Shown: positions 17,181 to 28,752, numbered from the stretch's first letter. The stretch is DNA of 64,000 nt from Flectobacillus longus (GCF_030056705.1 NZ_JASHIC010000012.1:986-64985), one strand, 5' to 3'. Program-made: numbers and translations. The notes: generated by a model not told the origin, from the sequence alone.

Positions 17181-20100
17181 ATGGAAGTAAAAGTTTGGGA
17201 AGAAGCCATCATCATTCCCACCTATGGCGTCGGGGAATCAGAAAAAAATCCCATGTTTCTCGAAAAAAGAGTCTATCAAGGTTCAAGTGGAGTGGTGTAT
17301 CCTCATGCCGTAATCGAGAAAATCGAAGATACCAAACATGACCAAACCTATCAAGCTGTTTTTCTAGAAAATCAATACCTTAAAATCATGATTTTGCCCG
17401 AACTCGGTGGCAGAATCCAAATGGCTTTCGACAAAGTAAAACAACGACATTTTATCTATTACAATCAAGTCATCAAACCCGCTTTGGTAGGACTCACAGG
17501 TCCTTGGATTTCGGGTGGAATCGAATTCAACTGGCCACAACATCACCGCCCTAGCACTTTCGAACCCGTTGATTTTACGATAGAATCCAACACCGATGGC
17601 TCTCAAACCGTATGGGTAAGTGAAGTAGAACGAATGTTTTCGACCAAGGGCATGGCAGGTTTTACGCTATATCCTGACAAAGCCTATCTCGAAATCAAAG
17701 GAGTATTGTACAATCGTACCGCCTTACCACAGACTTTTTTGTGGTGGGCCAACCCAGCAGTGAAAGTCAATGACCATTATCAATCGGTATTTCCGCCCGA
17801 TGTGTATGCCGTTTTTGACCATGGCAAAAGAGATGTATCTTCCTTCCCTATTGCCACGGGGACGTATTACAAAATTGATTATTCGCCCGGCACGGATATA
17901 TCGGGTTACAAAAATATCCCTGTCCCAACTTCCTACATGGCAATTCAGTCCAAATATGACTTTATGGGCGGTTATGAAAACGATACCAAGGGAGGACTTT
18001 TGCACGTGGCTAATCATCATATATCCCCTGGCAAAAAACAATGGACTTGGGGGAATGGTGAATTTGGCTATGCTTGGGATAGAAACCTTACCGACGAAGA
18101 TGGACCCTATATCGAACTCATGACGGGGGTATTTACCGACAATCAGCCTGATTTTTCGTGGATAATGCCTAACGAAGAACGTCGATTTACGCAGTATTTT
18201 ATGCCCTATAGCGAAATCGGCATGGTCAAAAATGCGACGAAAGAAGCGGCTGTAAACTTACTTTGGACTGCCTCTGAAGTACAAATAATGGCTTATGGTA
18301 CTGCCCCATATCATGCTGTTAGTATTATTTTCCGTAAAAATGACCACATAATTTTTGAAGAAAAAACGGATTTATCTCCTGAAAAACCATTCATCCAATC
18401 CATTGCTTGGACAATCGATACGCCCGAAGCCTATACCCTTGAGGTGATTTCTCAAGCAGGAAAAGTGTTGGTGAGTTATACCCCAGACGTTTATCAAACT
18501 CCCGAATTGCCAGAACCTGCCATTGCTGCGCAAGCACCTTCGGCTATTGAGCATATCGAGCAGTTGTTCTTAACAGCACAACATATTGAGCAGTATCGTC
18601 ATGCCACCTACTCGGCGATGGATTATTATGAAGAGGCACTTCGTCGTGACCCTCATGACTTTCGTTGTAACAATGCTATGGGGTTATGGTACTACAAAAA
18701 AGGGCAATTTGTCAAGGCAAAACCTTATTTTGAAAAAGCCATCCAAACACTTACTGCTCGCAATCCAAACCCTTACGATAGTGAACCTTATTATAATTTG
18801 GGACTTTGTCTCAAGCAACTCAACGAATTAACGCATGCCTATACCGCTTTTTTCAAAGCCTCTTGGTCGGCAGCATGGCAAGATGCTTCTTTCTTGGAAT
18901 TAGCACGAATTGCGAGTATTCAGCATAATTATGAAGAAGCGCTAAATCACGCCACAGACTCTTTGTATCGTAATTGGAAAGGGCATAGCACTCGACAATT
19001 GAAAGTTTCTTTGTTAAGAATTTTGGGTAGAAAAGAGGAAGCCTTACAACTGATTTCAGAAAGTTTAGCCTTTGATCAGTTTAACATGCTTTGCTATTTT
19101 GAGAAATATCTGCTTCAAAAAGACCAGCCAGAAGGTCTTGAAAGCTTGAATCAGTTCAAAAAATTGATGCGTGGGTATGTCCACAACTACCTCGAATATG
19201 CCAACGATTATATCCAAGCAGGACTATATTCGGAAGCATATCAGTTGTTGGAAACCTATTTACTAGAATTGTATTTATCGGAAAAAGACAAATCCAAAAC
19301 TTATCCGATAGCCTTATATACCTTGGCATTTTTGGCAGACAAGCTACATTTATCTGCTCAAAAAGCAGGGTATTTGCAACAAGCGCAACTAGCATCGCCA
19401 GATAAAGTTTTTCCGAATAGGTTATTTGAACTAAACACTTTGCTTTGGGTATCTCAAGAAAGTACAAATGATGGTAATGTATTTTATTTCTTAGGAAATT
19501 TTTGGTATGCCCACAGACAATATCCTGAAGCGATTAGTGCATGGGAAAAATCGACTCACTTAAAACCTGAGTTTCCTACCTCCTATCGTAACTTGTCCTT
19601 GGCATATCACAATAAGCAAAATGAACCTGAAAAGGCGTTAAAAGCTTTAGAAAAAGCCTATTTTCTTGACCCAACGGATGCTAGGGTTTTGATGGAATTA
19701 GACCAATTGTACAAAAAACTCAACGTGGCTCCAGCAACTCGATTAGCATTTTTACAAGAACGTCAAGACATTTCGCTTCAAAGGGATGATTTGTATTTAG
19801 AGTATATTGCTTTGCATAATCAAACGGAGCAGTTTGAGGAGGCTAGAGTTTTACTGTCAACGCGCAACTTTCACCCTTGGGAAGGTGGCGAAGGAAAAGT
19901 AGTTGGACAATATCTTTTTACGCATATCGAACTTGCCAAAATAGCTTTTGCGCAAAAGAACTTTTATCAAGCCTTAGTTTTATTAGAGCAAGCCGAAACA
20001 TATCCTGTCAATTTAGGAGAAGGCAAGTTGCTAGGAGCACAAGAAAACGATATTCATTATTGGAAAGGGCTTAGCTATGAAGCTTTAGGCAACAATGAAT

Positions 20101-20507
20101 TGGCATTAAGTTATTTTCAAAAAGCCTCCTCAGGCATTTCAGAGCCTGTTCAAGCGATTTTTTACAACGATCCACAACCTGATAAAATATTCTATCAAGG
20201 CTTGGCTTGGCAAAAATTAGGCAAAGTTCAGAAGGCGCAAGAGATTTTTGAGCGATTGATTCAATTTGGCGAAAAGCACCAATATGACGCTATTAAAATC
20301 GACTATTTTGCGGTATCTCTTCCCGATTTGTTGGTTTTTGATGTTGATTTGGACGAAAGAAATCATATTCATTGTCAATATTTGCAAGGCTTGGGCTGTT
20401 TAGGTTTGGGTAAAAACCAAGAAGCCAAACAATTCTTTGATGCGGTATTAGCCAAAAACATCAATCACCAAGGCGCATTGATACATCAGAAAATGTTGGT
20501 TTTATAA
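17181..20507 (+). CDS. DUF5107 domain protein with C-terminal TPR repeats
   Basis: 1108 aa. The N-terminal roughly 350 aa has the DUF5107 start ...WEEAIIIPTYGVGESEKNPMFLEKRVYQGSSGVVYPHAVIEKI.... Multiple TPR-like repeats follow, with the YYNLGLCL and A..YF.KA patterns. Family assignment is from memory and unverified. Confidence 0.6.
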   Translation: MEVKVWEEAIIIPTYGVGESEKNPMFLEKRVYQGSSGVVYPHAVIEKIEDTKHDQTYQAVFLENQYLKIMILPELGGRIQMAFDKVKQRHFIYYNQVIKPALVGLTGPWISGGIEFNWPQHHRPSTFEPVDFTIESNTDGSQTVWVSEVERMFSTKGMAGFTLYPDKAYLEIKGVLYNRTALPQTFLWWANPAVKVNDHYQSVFPPDVYAVFDHGKRDVSSFPIATGTYYKIDYSPGTDISGYKNIPVPTSYMAIQSKYDFMGGYENDTKGGLLHVANHHISPGKKQWTWGNGEFGYAWDRNLTDEDGPYIELMTGVFTDNQPDFSWIMPNEERRFTQYFMPYSEIGMVKNATKEAAVNLLWTASEVQIMAYGTAPYHAVSIIFRKNDHIIFEEKTDLSPEKPFIQSIAWTIDTPEAYTLEVISQAGKVLVSYTPDVYQTPELPEPAIAAQAPSAIEHIEQLFLTAQHIEQYRHATYSAMDYYEEALRRDPHDFRCNNAMGLWYYKKGQFVKAKPYFEKAIQTLTARNPNPYDSEPYYNLGLCLKQLNELTHAYTAFFKASWSAAWQDASFLELARIASIQHNYEEALNHATDSLYRNWKGHSTRQLKVSLLRILGRKEEALQLISESLAFDQFNMLCYFEKYLLQKDQPEGLESLNQFKKLMRGYVHNYLEYANDYIQAGLYSEAYQLLETYLLELYLSEKDKSKTYPIALYTLAFLADKLHLSAQKAGYLQQAQLASPDKVFPNRLFELNTLLWVSQESTNDGNVFYFLGNFWYAHRQYPEAISAWEKSTHLKPEFPTSYRNLSLAYHNKQNEPEKALKALEKAYFLDPTDARVLMELDQLYKKLNVAPATRLAFLQERQDISLQRDDLYLEYIALHNQTEQFEEARVLLSTRNFHPWEGGEGKVVGQYLFTHIELAKIAFAQKNFYQALVLLEQAETYPVNLGEGKLLGAQENDIHYWKGLSYEALGNNELALSYFQKASSGISEPVQAIFYNDPQPDKIFYQGLAWQKLGKVQKAQEIFERLIQFGEKHQYDAIKIDYFAVSLPDLLVFDVDLDERNHIHCQYLQGLGCLGLGKNQEAKQFFDAVLAKNINHQGALIHQKMLVL

Positions 20508-21398
20508 ATAATCAACTCCCTGTACCTTATCATTTCGAAAATCACGGGGCGATTTTCCCATGATGTTGGTAAATACCCTTGAGAAATGATAAGGATCGTG
20601 GTAGCCCATTTGAAAGGCAACTTCCTTGACTCTTAAGGTGGTAAACTCCAAAAGATAACAGGCTCGTTGCATTTTCAAAAAGGTAAAAAAGTGAACAGGC
20701 GTACTTTGTAATTTTTGACGAAATACTGCCGAAAAATGCGAGGCTGACATACCTGCTATTTGAGCAAAATCTTCCAGCGTTTTGATTTCAGACAGATGTT
20801 CTTTCATGAAATGAATCACATTTGAAATAGGGTCGTCTTGCTCAGCAGAAGTAGCAACAGTAGTAAAATGGGTGATTTTGAACGAATTCAAATACTGTCC
20901 CAAGGCAAGGTTGGCATATACCACATGTTCTTGATGATATGACATTTCGATATGAGCCAAAATATCCTTAAATAAAGCATTTCGTTCTTTGTTTTCAGGA
21001 ATATCCTGCACCCAAACACTCTGATTTGGGAACAAATACTGAAGATATTCCTTGGCATTTTGACCTGTAAAATGTATCCAATAAATACTCCAAGGGTTAG
21101 ATACATCAGCGCCGTATTGGTGGGGCGTTTGGGCTGGAATCACAAAAAACTGATGAGGTTTTATGACCCTACGAACTTCATTGACAGAATACCAGCCTTC
21201 GCCATCGACACAATAAATCAAAATGTATTGTTCGCAACCGCTGGCTCGCTCTCGATTGTGAAACGATGCTCTGGGATAATATCCAATATCAGTAATATAC
21301 AATCCTTTGGATAAAGGATGTTGTTGGTTAGACAATATGAGGTAGTCGGGTAATACAAAAGACCTCTGTCCAATAAACCCCTCGCTTTTTTTGAGCAT
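20502..21398 (-). CDS. AraC family transcriptional regulator
   Basis: C-terminal AraC HTH: ...VKEVAFQMGYHDPYHFSRVFTNIMGKSPRDFRN. Cupin-like N-terminal domain. Divergent from the MFS sugar porter gene. Confidence 0.85.
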   Translation of the reverse strand: MLKKSEGFIGQRSFVLPDYLILSNQQHPLSKGLYITDIGYYPRASFHNRERASGCEQYILIYCVDGEGWYSVNEVRRVIKPHQFFVIPAQTPHQYGADVSNPWSIYWIHFTGQNAKEYLQYLFPNQSVWVQDIPENKERNALFKDILAHIEMSYHQEHVVYANLALGQYLNSFKITHFTTVATSAEQDDPISNVIHFMKEHLSEIKTLEDFAQIAGMSASHFSAVFRQKLQSTPVHFFTFLKMQRACYLLEFTTLRVKEVAFQMGYHDPYHFSRVFTNIMGKSPRDFRNDKVQGVDYL

Positions 21399-21456
21399 AT
21401 CTGTTTGAAGTGCTTAATCTATTTTTTCAAACCCCTAAAGGCTTTTACAAATCTAT

Positions 21457-22788
21457 TTGATTATGAAACATAATTCCAACTATACTCTACTCATTTCAGC
21501 AATTTCGGCGTTGGGTGGCTATCTTTTTGGCTTTGACTTTGCGGTGATTGCTGGTGCATTACCCTTTCTCAAAACTATTTTCGAGCTCAATGCTTGGTGG
21601 GAAGGCTTTCTGACAGGCACTTTGGCGATTGGTTGTATGATAGGCTGCTATTTGGCAGGAAAAATCGCCGAAAAATTTGGTCGTCGTCCTTCCTTGATGA
21701 TTGCGGCTATCACATTTGCTTTATCATCTTTAGGAATGGCCTTTTCTTCTAGCCTAACTCTTTTTCTTGTTATGCGCTTGATGGCGGGTGTGGGCGTAGG
21801 TATGGCATCGATGCTCAGCCCAATGTATATCGCAGAAGTTTCGCCAGCCGACATTCGGGGTCGCAATGTATCTATTAATCAACTTACCATCGTATTTGGG
21901 ATTCTCATCACCAACCTTGTCAATTATGCCATAGCCGATACAGGCGCAAATGCTTGGCGTTGGATGTTTGGCTTGGGAGCAGTACCTGCTTTGGCTTTTC
22001 TAGCAGGTTTATTTTGGTTGCCCGAAAGTCCACGTTGGTTGATTTTACAAGGGAAAAGGACCGAAGGTTTAGCTATTTTGCATAAAATTGGCGGAGAAGA
22101 TTTTGCCCTCAATACACTCAATCAAGTGGAATCAAGTGTCAAAAAAACAACCACACAAGTTTCGATTTTTACCCCACAATATCTTCCAGTTTTGTTTGTA
22201 GGTATCGGATTGGCGGTATTTCAGCAGCTTTGCGGTATCAATGTGGTGTTCAATTACACCTCTACCATTTTCGAATCAGTGGGTGCAGATCTCAATAGAC
22301 AGCTTTTTGAGACAGTTTCTATTGGTGTTGTCAATGTCATTTTTACGATACTCGCCATGTTTTTAGTAGATAAAATTGGTCGCAAACCACTGATGCAAGT
22401 CGGCTCGTTGGGATTAGCAATCGCCTATATTTTGATTGCTATTTTGCTAAAAACACAAGCCCCAGCGCTGTACCTATCCATTGTAGTCCTGCTTTCTATC
22501 AGTATTTACGCTACTACGCTTGCACCAGTAACATGGGTATTAATTTCTGAAATATTCCCCAATGCAATTCGAGGAAATGCAACATCTTTCTCAATCCTAT
22601 GCCTATGGGCTGCCTATTTTATTTTGGTATTTACCTTCCCTATTTTGGCAGAAAAACTAGGTACTTATGGTCCTTTTGCTTTGTACGCACTAATATGTAC
22701 GATAGGTTTTGTTTTTGTCAAAACTCAAGTAAAAGAAACCAAAGGCAAAACGCTCGAACAAATGGAGGAAGTTTTCACAGGACACTAG
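21457..22788 (+). CDS. MFS sugar porter family transporter (sugar:H+ symporter)
   Basis: 443 aa, 12 TM. Sugar-porter motifs GRRPSLMIAA, PESPRWL and PETKGKTLE-like C-terminus (VKETKGKTLEQMEE). Confidence 0.9.
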   Translation: MIMKHNSNYTLLISAISALGGYLFGFDFAVIAGALPFLKTIFELNAWWEGFLTGTLAIGCMIGCYLAGKIAEKFGRRPSLMIAAITFALSSLGMAFSSSLTLFLVMRLMAGVGVGMASMLSPMYIAEVSPADIRGRNVSINQLTIVFGILITNLVNYAIADTGANAWRWMFGLGAVPALAFLAGLFWLPESPRWLILQGKRTEGLAILHKIGGEDFALNTLNQVESSVKKTTTQVSIFTPQYLPVLFVGIGLAVFQQLCGINVVFNYTSTIFESVGADLNRQLFETVSIGVVNVIFTILAMFLVDKIGRKPLMQVGSLGLAIAYILIAILLKTQAPALYLSIVVLLSISIYATTLAPVTWVLISEIFPNAIRGNATSFSILCLWAAYFILVFTFPILAEKLGTYGPFALYALICTIGFVFVKTQVKETKGKTLEQMEEVFTGH

Positions 22789-22814
22789 CCGCTTTAATAT
22801 AGCATTTTGAGTTA

Positions 22815-22960
22815 GGACTGTACGAAAGATTTCAAACCATTGTGGATTTGGGATTTCTGATTTCGGAAATTATAGAAATATACTTTTATTTTTTACAAAA
22901 TATAGAAGCTTACACTTCCGAAATCCAACATCCGATATCCGAATTTAATCCTTCGTACAC
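22815..22960 (+). mobile_element. MITE-like element, copy A (~146 bp, TIR GGACTGTACGAA(A/G)GAT ... ATCCTTCGTACA)
   Basis: Read directly. It is about 90% identical to the reverse complement of 24646-24805. Internal GATTTCGGA / TCCGAAATC motifs. No coding capacity. Confidence 0.6.
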
Positions 22961-22992
22961 TACTAGTGTCGAGTTGTAAATATTAATTCTCA

Positions 22993-23030
22993 AAGCTCCG
23001 TAGGTGTGATAGACTTTTACGGAGCTTTTA
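22993..23030. terminator. Hairpin AAAGCTCCGTA-GGTGTGATAGACTTT-TACGGAGCTTTT (11-bp stem + T-run); member of a small repeat family (see 40807-40870)
   Basis: Read directly, downstream of the MFS porter gene. Confidence 0.5.
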
Positions 23031-23212
23031 AATGGGTTAATAAAACGCTGGCTTATTCTGAAAAAATCAGTAAGTTATTGCTAGTTTTTGCTTTATTTAT
23101 ACGTAAAACGTATTATACCTTTTACAAAAATCCCCTATAAAATCGATATTATTACAATCAACTGTTGAAAACAAAGTGTTTATTCCGAGGCAATTAACTA
23201 AAAACAAAACAA

Positions 23213-24547
23213 ATGTTTTCACAAAAATCCGTTTTATCACTCTGCCTGTTGATAGCAGTAAATTTGACTGCTTTTTCACAAGTAAAAAATTCATTTAAGT
23301 TTGATTTTGGTACAGGTGCTGTTGCCAAAGGTTATCAAGCTGTAAGTCCAAGCGACTATTATTCAAAGGCTAAAGGTTTTGGGTTTATGCCCAACGCTAA
23401 AATCTTATCCGAAAATCGAGCTACTAAGGATGCAATTACCTCAGATTTCTGCACCAGCAATACTTCCTTTTTCTTTACGGTTGATATTCCTGAGGGAAAT
23501 TATGATGTCAAAGTAATCTTGGGCGATGCCGAAGGGACTTCTGCCACAAGCGTTAAAGCCGAATGTCGCCGATTAATGTTAGAAAAAGTAGAGACCGAGA
23601 AGGGAAAATTTGTCACTAAAAATTTTACTGTAAATGTTCGCTATCCCGAAATTTCAGATTCTTCTAGCGTAAAACTCAAAACTCGAGAAAAGGAATATTT
23701 ACATTGGGATCACCAACTGACGCTCGAATTTAATGGTAAATCGCCCAAAGTCTGTGCCATAGAAATTACGCCTGCCTCGAGTAAAATCCCAACTGTATTT
23801 TTGGCAGGAAACTCCACCGTTGTAGACCAAGCCATTGAACCTTTTGCCGCTTGGGGACAAATGATTCCAAGTTTTTTCCAAGCAAGAAAAGTAGTTTTTG
23901 CCAACCATGCCGAGTCAGGCGAAACTATTAAAAGTTTTACTTCTGAAAAACGTCTTGAAAAAGTCATGAGTCAAATCAAAAAGGGCGATTATTTCTTTAT
24001 TGAATTTGCACACAACGACCAAAAACCAGGCTCTGGACTCAAATCTCAAACTACCTACAAAGAATATTTGATTAGTTTCATCAAAAAAACGCGTGATAAA
24101 GGGGCTACTCCTGTACTAGTTACCTCAATGCATCGCCGTAGATTTGATGAAAATGGTAAAATCATTAATACGCTTGAAGATTTCCCTGAAGCTATGCGTC
24201 AGGTTGCCAAAGACGAACATGTAGCCTTAATTGATTTGAATAATATGAGTAAAACACTTTGGGAAACACTCGGCGTAGAAAATTCAAAAAAGGCTTTTGT
24301 CCATTATGAGGCTAATAGTTTTCCGAATCAAGAAAAAGCTATTCATGACGATACACACTTCAGCAACTATGGCGCATACCAATTGGCAAAATGTATCGTA
24401 GAAGGAATCAAATCCAATCATTTAGGGATAGAAAAGTATCTCAACAAAAATTTTAAAGCCTATAATCCAGCTCAACCCGATGATTTGAACACATGGGATT
24501 TCCCTGTAAGTCCTTTGGTTTCAGTAAGCAAACCTGATGGAAACTGA
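23213..24547 (+). CDS. SGNH/GDSL hydrolase family protein (carbohydrate esterase CE12-like, rhamnogalacturonan acetylesterase-like), secreted
   Basis: Signal peptide MFSQKSVLSLCLLIAVNLTAFSQ. Block I VFLAGNSTV (GDS-like, Ser nucleophile). Block V DDTHFSNYGAYQLAK (DxxH). The N-terminal roughly 180 aa is a possible carbohydrate-binding or immunoglobulin-like domain. Confidence 0.7.
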   Translation: MFSQKSVLSLCLLIAVNLTAFSQVKNSFKFDFGTGAVAKGYQAVSPSDYYSKAKGFGFMPNAKILSENRATKDAITSDFCTSNTSFFFTVDIPEGNYDVKVILGDAEGTSATSVKAECRRLMLEKVETEKGKFVTKNFTVNVRYPEISDSSSVKLKTREKEYLHWDHQLTLEFNGKSPKVCAIEITPASSKIPTVFLAGNSTVVDQAIEPFAAWGQMIPSFFQARKVVFANHAESGETIKSFTSEKRLEKVMSQIKKGDYFFIEFAHNDQKPGSGLKSQTTYKEYLISFIKKTRDKGATPVLVTSMHRRRFDENGKIINTLEDFPEAMRQVAKDEHVALIDLNNMSKTLWETLGVENSKKAFVHYEANSFPNQEKAIHDDTHFSNYGAYQLAKCIVEGIKSNHLGIEKYLNKNFKAYNPAQPDDLNTWDFPVSPLVSVSKPDGN

Positions 24548-24645
24548 TTGGAGTTGTGAGTTTTGAGTGCGGAGTTGTCCTTGCCTAAAATAGGTTGCCC
24601 TGAGTTTTGAAACAAGGACAAGTCCTAATTCACCATTTTCAACTA

Positions 24646-24805
24646 GGACTGTACGAAGGATTATAAAAACTGTTTATTTCGGATATCGGATATTGGATTT
24701 CGGAAGTATAAGCTTCTGTATTTTGTAAAAAATAAAAGTATCTTTCTATATTTCCGAAATCAGAAATCCCAAATCTGAAATATTTAGAAATCCTTCGTAA
24801 AGTCC
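24646..24805 (-). mobile_element. MITE-like element, copy B (~160 bp), inverted relative to copy A
   Basis: Its reverse complement aligns with 22815-22960 over the whole length. Perfect 16-bp TIR GGACTGTACGAAGGAT / ATCCTTCGTACAGTCC. Flanked by a 19-22-bp direct repeat TCCTAATTCACCATT(TT/CA)CAACT at 24623-24644 and 24803-24824. Confidence 0.6.
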
Positions 24806-24829
24806 TAATTCACCATTCACAACTCACCA

Positions 24830-25660
24830 TTAAAATGCCAACGTAGCCGCTACTCCCCCAAATTGTGGAGAATAGATCGGTTGAAAACTTAAGTTTTTCT
24901 TTTGTTGTAATCGTTTATGAAATTCAGGAACGAGAATACCACAAATAGCTCCCGATACAAAACCTGTAATTACATCTGATTTAAAATGCTTACCAGCTTC
25001 TGTTCGGTAATAGCCAACCAAGGCTGGCGGAATGGCAGCAAGCGTAAACAGTCCTATTCTTTTCAATCCTTTTATTTGATGGTAATCAGTATAAACTTTT
25101 GCCAAGAAAAAAGTCGCTGTTGAACTAAAAGAAACGTGTCCACTAAAAAACGAGTTACTTCTTCCATCTCCCATTTTTTCCTCCGCAGTCAAATTGGGAT
25201 TGTACGTCAGCGGACGTGGTCGACGAATAGAATACGCCGCACCAAAATACAGAGCATTATCTACAGCATGGCTCATCATATACATACTCAGTAAGTCAAC
25301 CCAATCTTTTCGGATATTTTTATCAAGCATCAATAGCGCTGGACTTACCAGCGAAAGATTTAAGAATAAGTCAGAATTCTTCTCGGCAGAGGCAAAATTG
25401 GCAGGATTTTTAAACGCAATCGGTCTATCAAAACTATTCAAATCGTTGGGATTCAGTTTTAGAATATCTTCTTTTGATAAGTGCGCTACCTTATCTAATT
25501 GTCGAAAACCGAAAAAAGACGCTACCGTCAACCCAATGCCTGTGGTTAATTCAATTTTGGGTTTTACAAAATAGATTTTTTGATGCACCAATGAGTCATT
25601 TTGTCCGTAAGACTGAGCACATATCGATAAAAAAAGGAGAACTGAGAAAGTTAATTTCAT
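24830..25660 (-). CDS. PAP2 superfamily phosphatase (phosphatidic acid phosphatase type 2 / haloperoxidase fold), secreted or lipoprotein
   Basis: Signal peptide MKLTFSVLLFLSICAQSYGQ. PAP2 motifs ...YSIRRPRP (KxxxxxxRP-like), FFSGHVS (PSGH) and GKHFKSDVITG (SRxxxxxHxxxD-like). Confidence 0.65.
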   Translation of the reverse strand: MKLTFSVLLFLSICAQSYGQNDSLVHQKIYFVKPKIELTTGIGLTVASFFGFRQLDKVAHLSKEDILKLNPNDLNSFDRPIAFKNPANFASAEKNSDLFLNLSLVSPALLMLDKNIRKDWVDLLSMYMMSHAVDNALYFGAAYSIRRPRPLTYNPNLTAEEKMGDGRSNSFFSGHVSFSSTATFFLAKVYTDYHQIKGLKRIGLFTLAAIPPALVGYYRTEAGKHFKSDVITGFVSGAICGILVPEFHKRLQQKKNLSFQPIYSPQFGGVAATLAF

Positions 25661-25986
25661 AAATAATGAATTAAAAACATAAAAAGTAAGTTGGTGGGCA
25701 AAATTAAATTAATTTTACCCGCATTAATCTCTAGTTTTTTGCATTCGGCTAAAAGTTAAAAAGTATTTCTCATGAAATAATAGAAGCTTTTTTGCCTAAT
25801 GCCTACAGCTTATAGTCTAAAGCGTATTAATGTAATTTTATTTTGCATGAATACTTAAGTAATCGTGCAAAATAAAATCTAAGAAATTGATGAGATAAAA
25901 TATTAGTAATCATAAAATTACACTCAAAATTCAGCACTCATACTTAAGTCTTGTTATCATAGTATTTTAAATAAGTCGACTCAAAA

Positions 25987-26766
25987 CTATTTCTTATGCT
26001 CAAACAACCAAGGTAGTAGATTTGGTTCAGCAAAAGCGTTATCCCAGCTATTATGATTCACATTGGGATACTCGGTATATTTCACTTCTTTGGCTTCCAA
26101 AGCACGCAAGGCCGCATACATATCTCTCGAATAGCCAACTTTTACGACACCATCAGCATCGCCATGAAATATCCAAACGGGAATAGTCTGAGCATATTTT
26201 TTGGCCCAAGTCAGATTGGCTCCTCCACAAATTGGCGCGGCAGCGGCAAATAATTTTGGATTGCGAGCAATTGCCTCAAATGTCCCCATGCCTCCCATCG
26301 ACAAGCCCATGATATAGATACGATTTTTATCTACTTTTTCAGTTTTACTGATTTGTTTTACTAAATCTACTGCGGCAGCTAACGGCCAGTTAGGTTGTTC
26401 GTTATAAGTAAAATCAATATCTAATGGAGACTTACTTCTATCAATTTTAACAGAAGCCCAATAACTATCTGTAGGACATTGTGGAAAAATAACAATGGCA
26501 GGAAATTTCTGGCGATTTTCAGGGCTCAAAAATAATTTAGAACCATGTGTCAACTGCTTTTCATTATCGTTGCCACGCTCGCCTGCACCATGTAAAACTA
26601 ATACGATAGGATATTTTTTTGAGGCATCGTAATTCTCTGGAAATAAAATTCTGTATGGCAATATATGCCCTTCTTTATCAGTAAAGATTCTTTTCTCAAA
26701 AGTTTCAGATTGCGAGAAACCCGAGATTGTTGATAATAGTAAAAATAAGTTGAGAAGGTATTCCAT
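25987..26766 (-). CDS. Alpha/beta hydrolase, phospholipase/carboxylesterase (PHB-depolymerase-like esterase) family, secreted
   Basis: Signal peptide. VLVLHGAGERGNDN. Nucleophile elbow GLSMGG. C-terminal HGDADGVV...H triad context. Confidence 0.75.
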   Translation of the reverse strand: MEYLLNLFLLLSTISGFSQSETFEKRIFTDKEGHILPYRILFPENYDASKKYPIVLVLHGAGERGNDNEKQLTHGSKLFLSPENRQKFPAIVIFPQCPTDSYWASVKIDRSKSPLDIDFTYNEQPNWPLAAAVDLVKQISKTEKVDKNRIYIMGLSMGGMGTFEAIARNPKLFAAAAPICGGANLTWAKKYAQTIPVWIFHGDADGVVKVGYSRDMYAALRALEAKEVKYTEYPNVNHNSWDNAFAEPNLLPWLFEHKK

Positions 26767-26946
26767 AATTATTTTTGGGGTTTGAGTGAAAGCACGTTAT
26801 TAGTTAACGGTATATCAGTTAATAGAACAAAACAAATAGACACTGTGCAGTGCCCTAGCATTTGCAAGTTACAAATAACAAATTCGAGAATTTATCTCGG
26901 ACTATCACTCTTCAATTACTAAAATTTAGTTTTAACAATAATCAAT

Positions 26947-27096
26947 CAAAAAAGGCGGTCAAAAACAAATTTCGACCGCCCTTTTTGAAGCTATAATTCC
27001 AGTTGATATATCCTCAGACGCAAACATTGCGTCTCTACTCGTAAAAAATCAATCACTAAATCACAACTCGCTCAATCACTAAATTCATCACTCACT
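26947..27096. repeat. Composite dispersed repeat, copy 2: terminator hairpin AAAAAAGGCGGTCAAAA..TTTCGACCGCCCTTTTT (26947-26986), GAGACGCAAAC-ATTGCGTCTC hairpin (27012-27038), aatcactaaatcacaactc tail (27050-27096)
   Basis: Read directly. Immediately 3' of the pgi stop on the minus strand, so it serves as the pgi terminator. Confidence 0.55.

Positions 27097-28752
<1,656 letters not shown>

Noticed and set aside
17147-17341. 64-aa ORF (MNPPFYTT…) overlapping the start of the DUF5107 gene
   Set aside because: Arg/Ser-rich translation of the alternative frame of a real gene. No independent support.
22815-24805. Autonomous transposon/IS element around the SGNH esterase
   Set aside because: No transposase- or integrase-like ORF lies between or near the inverted repeats. 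The elements are only ~150 bp, so they are interpreted as non-autonomous MITEs.
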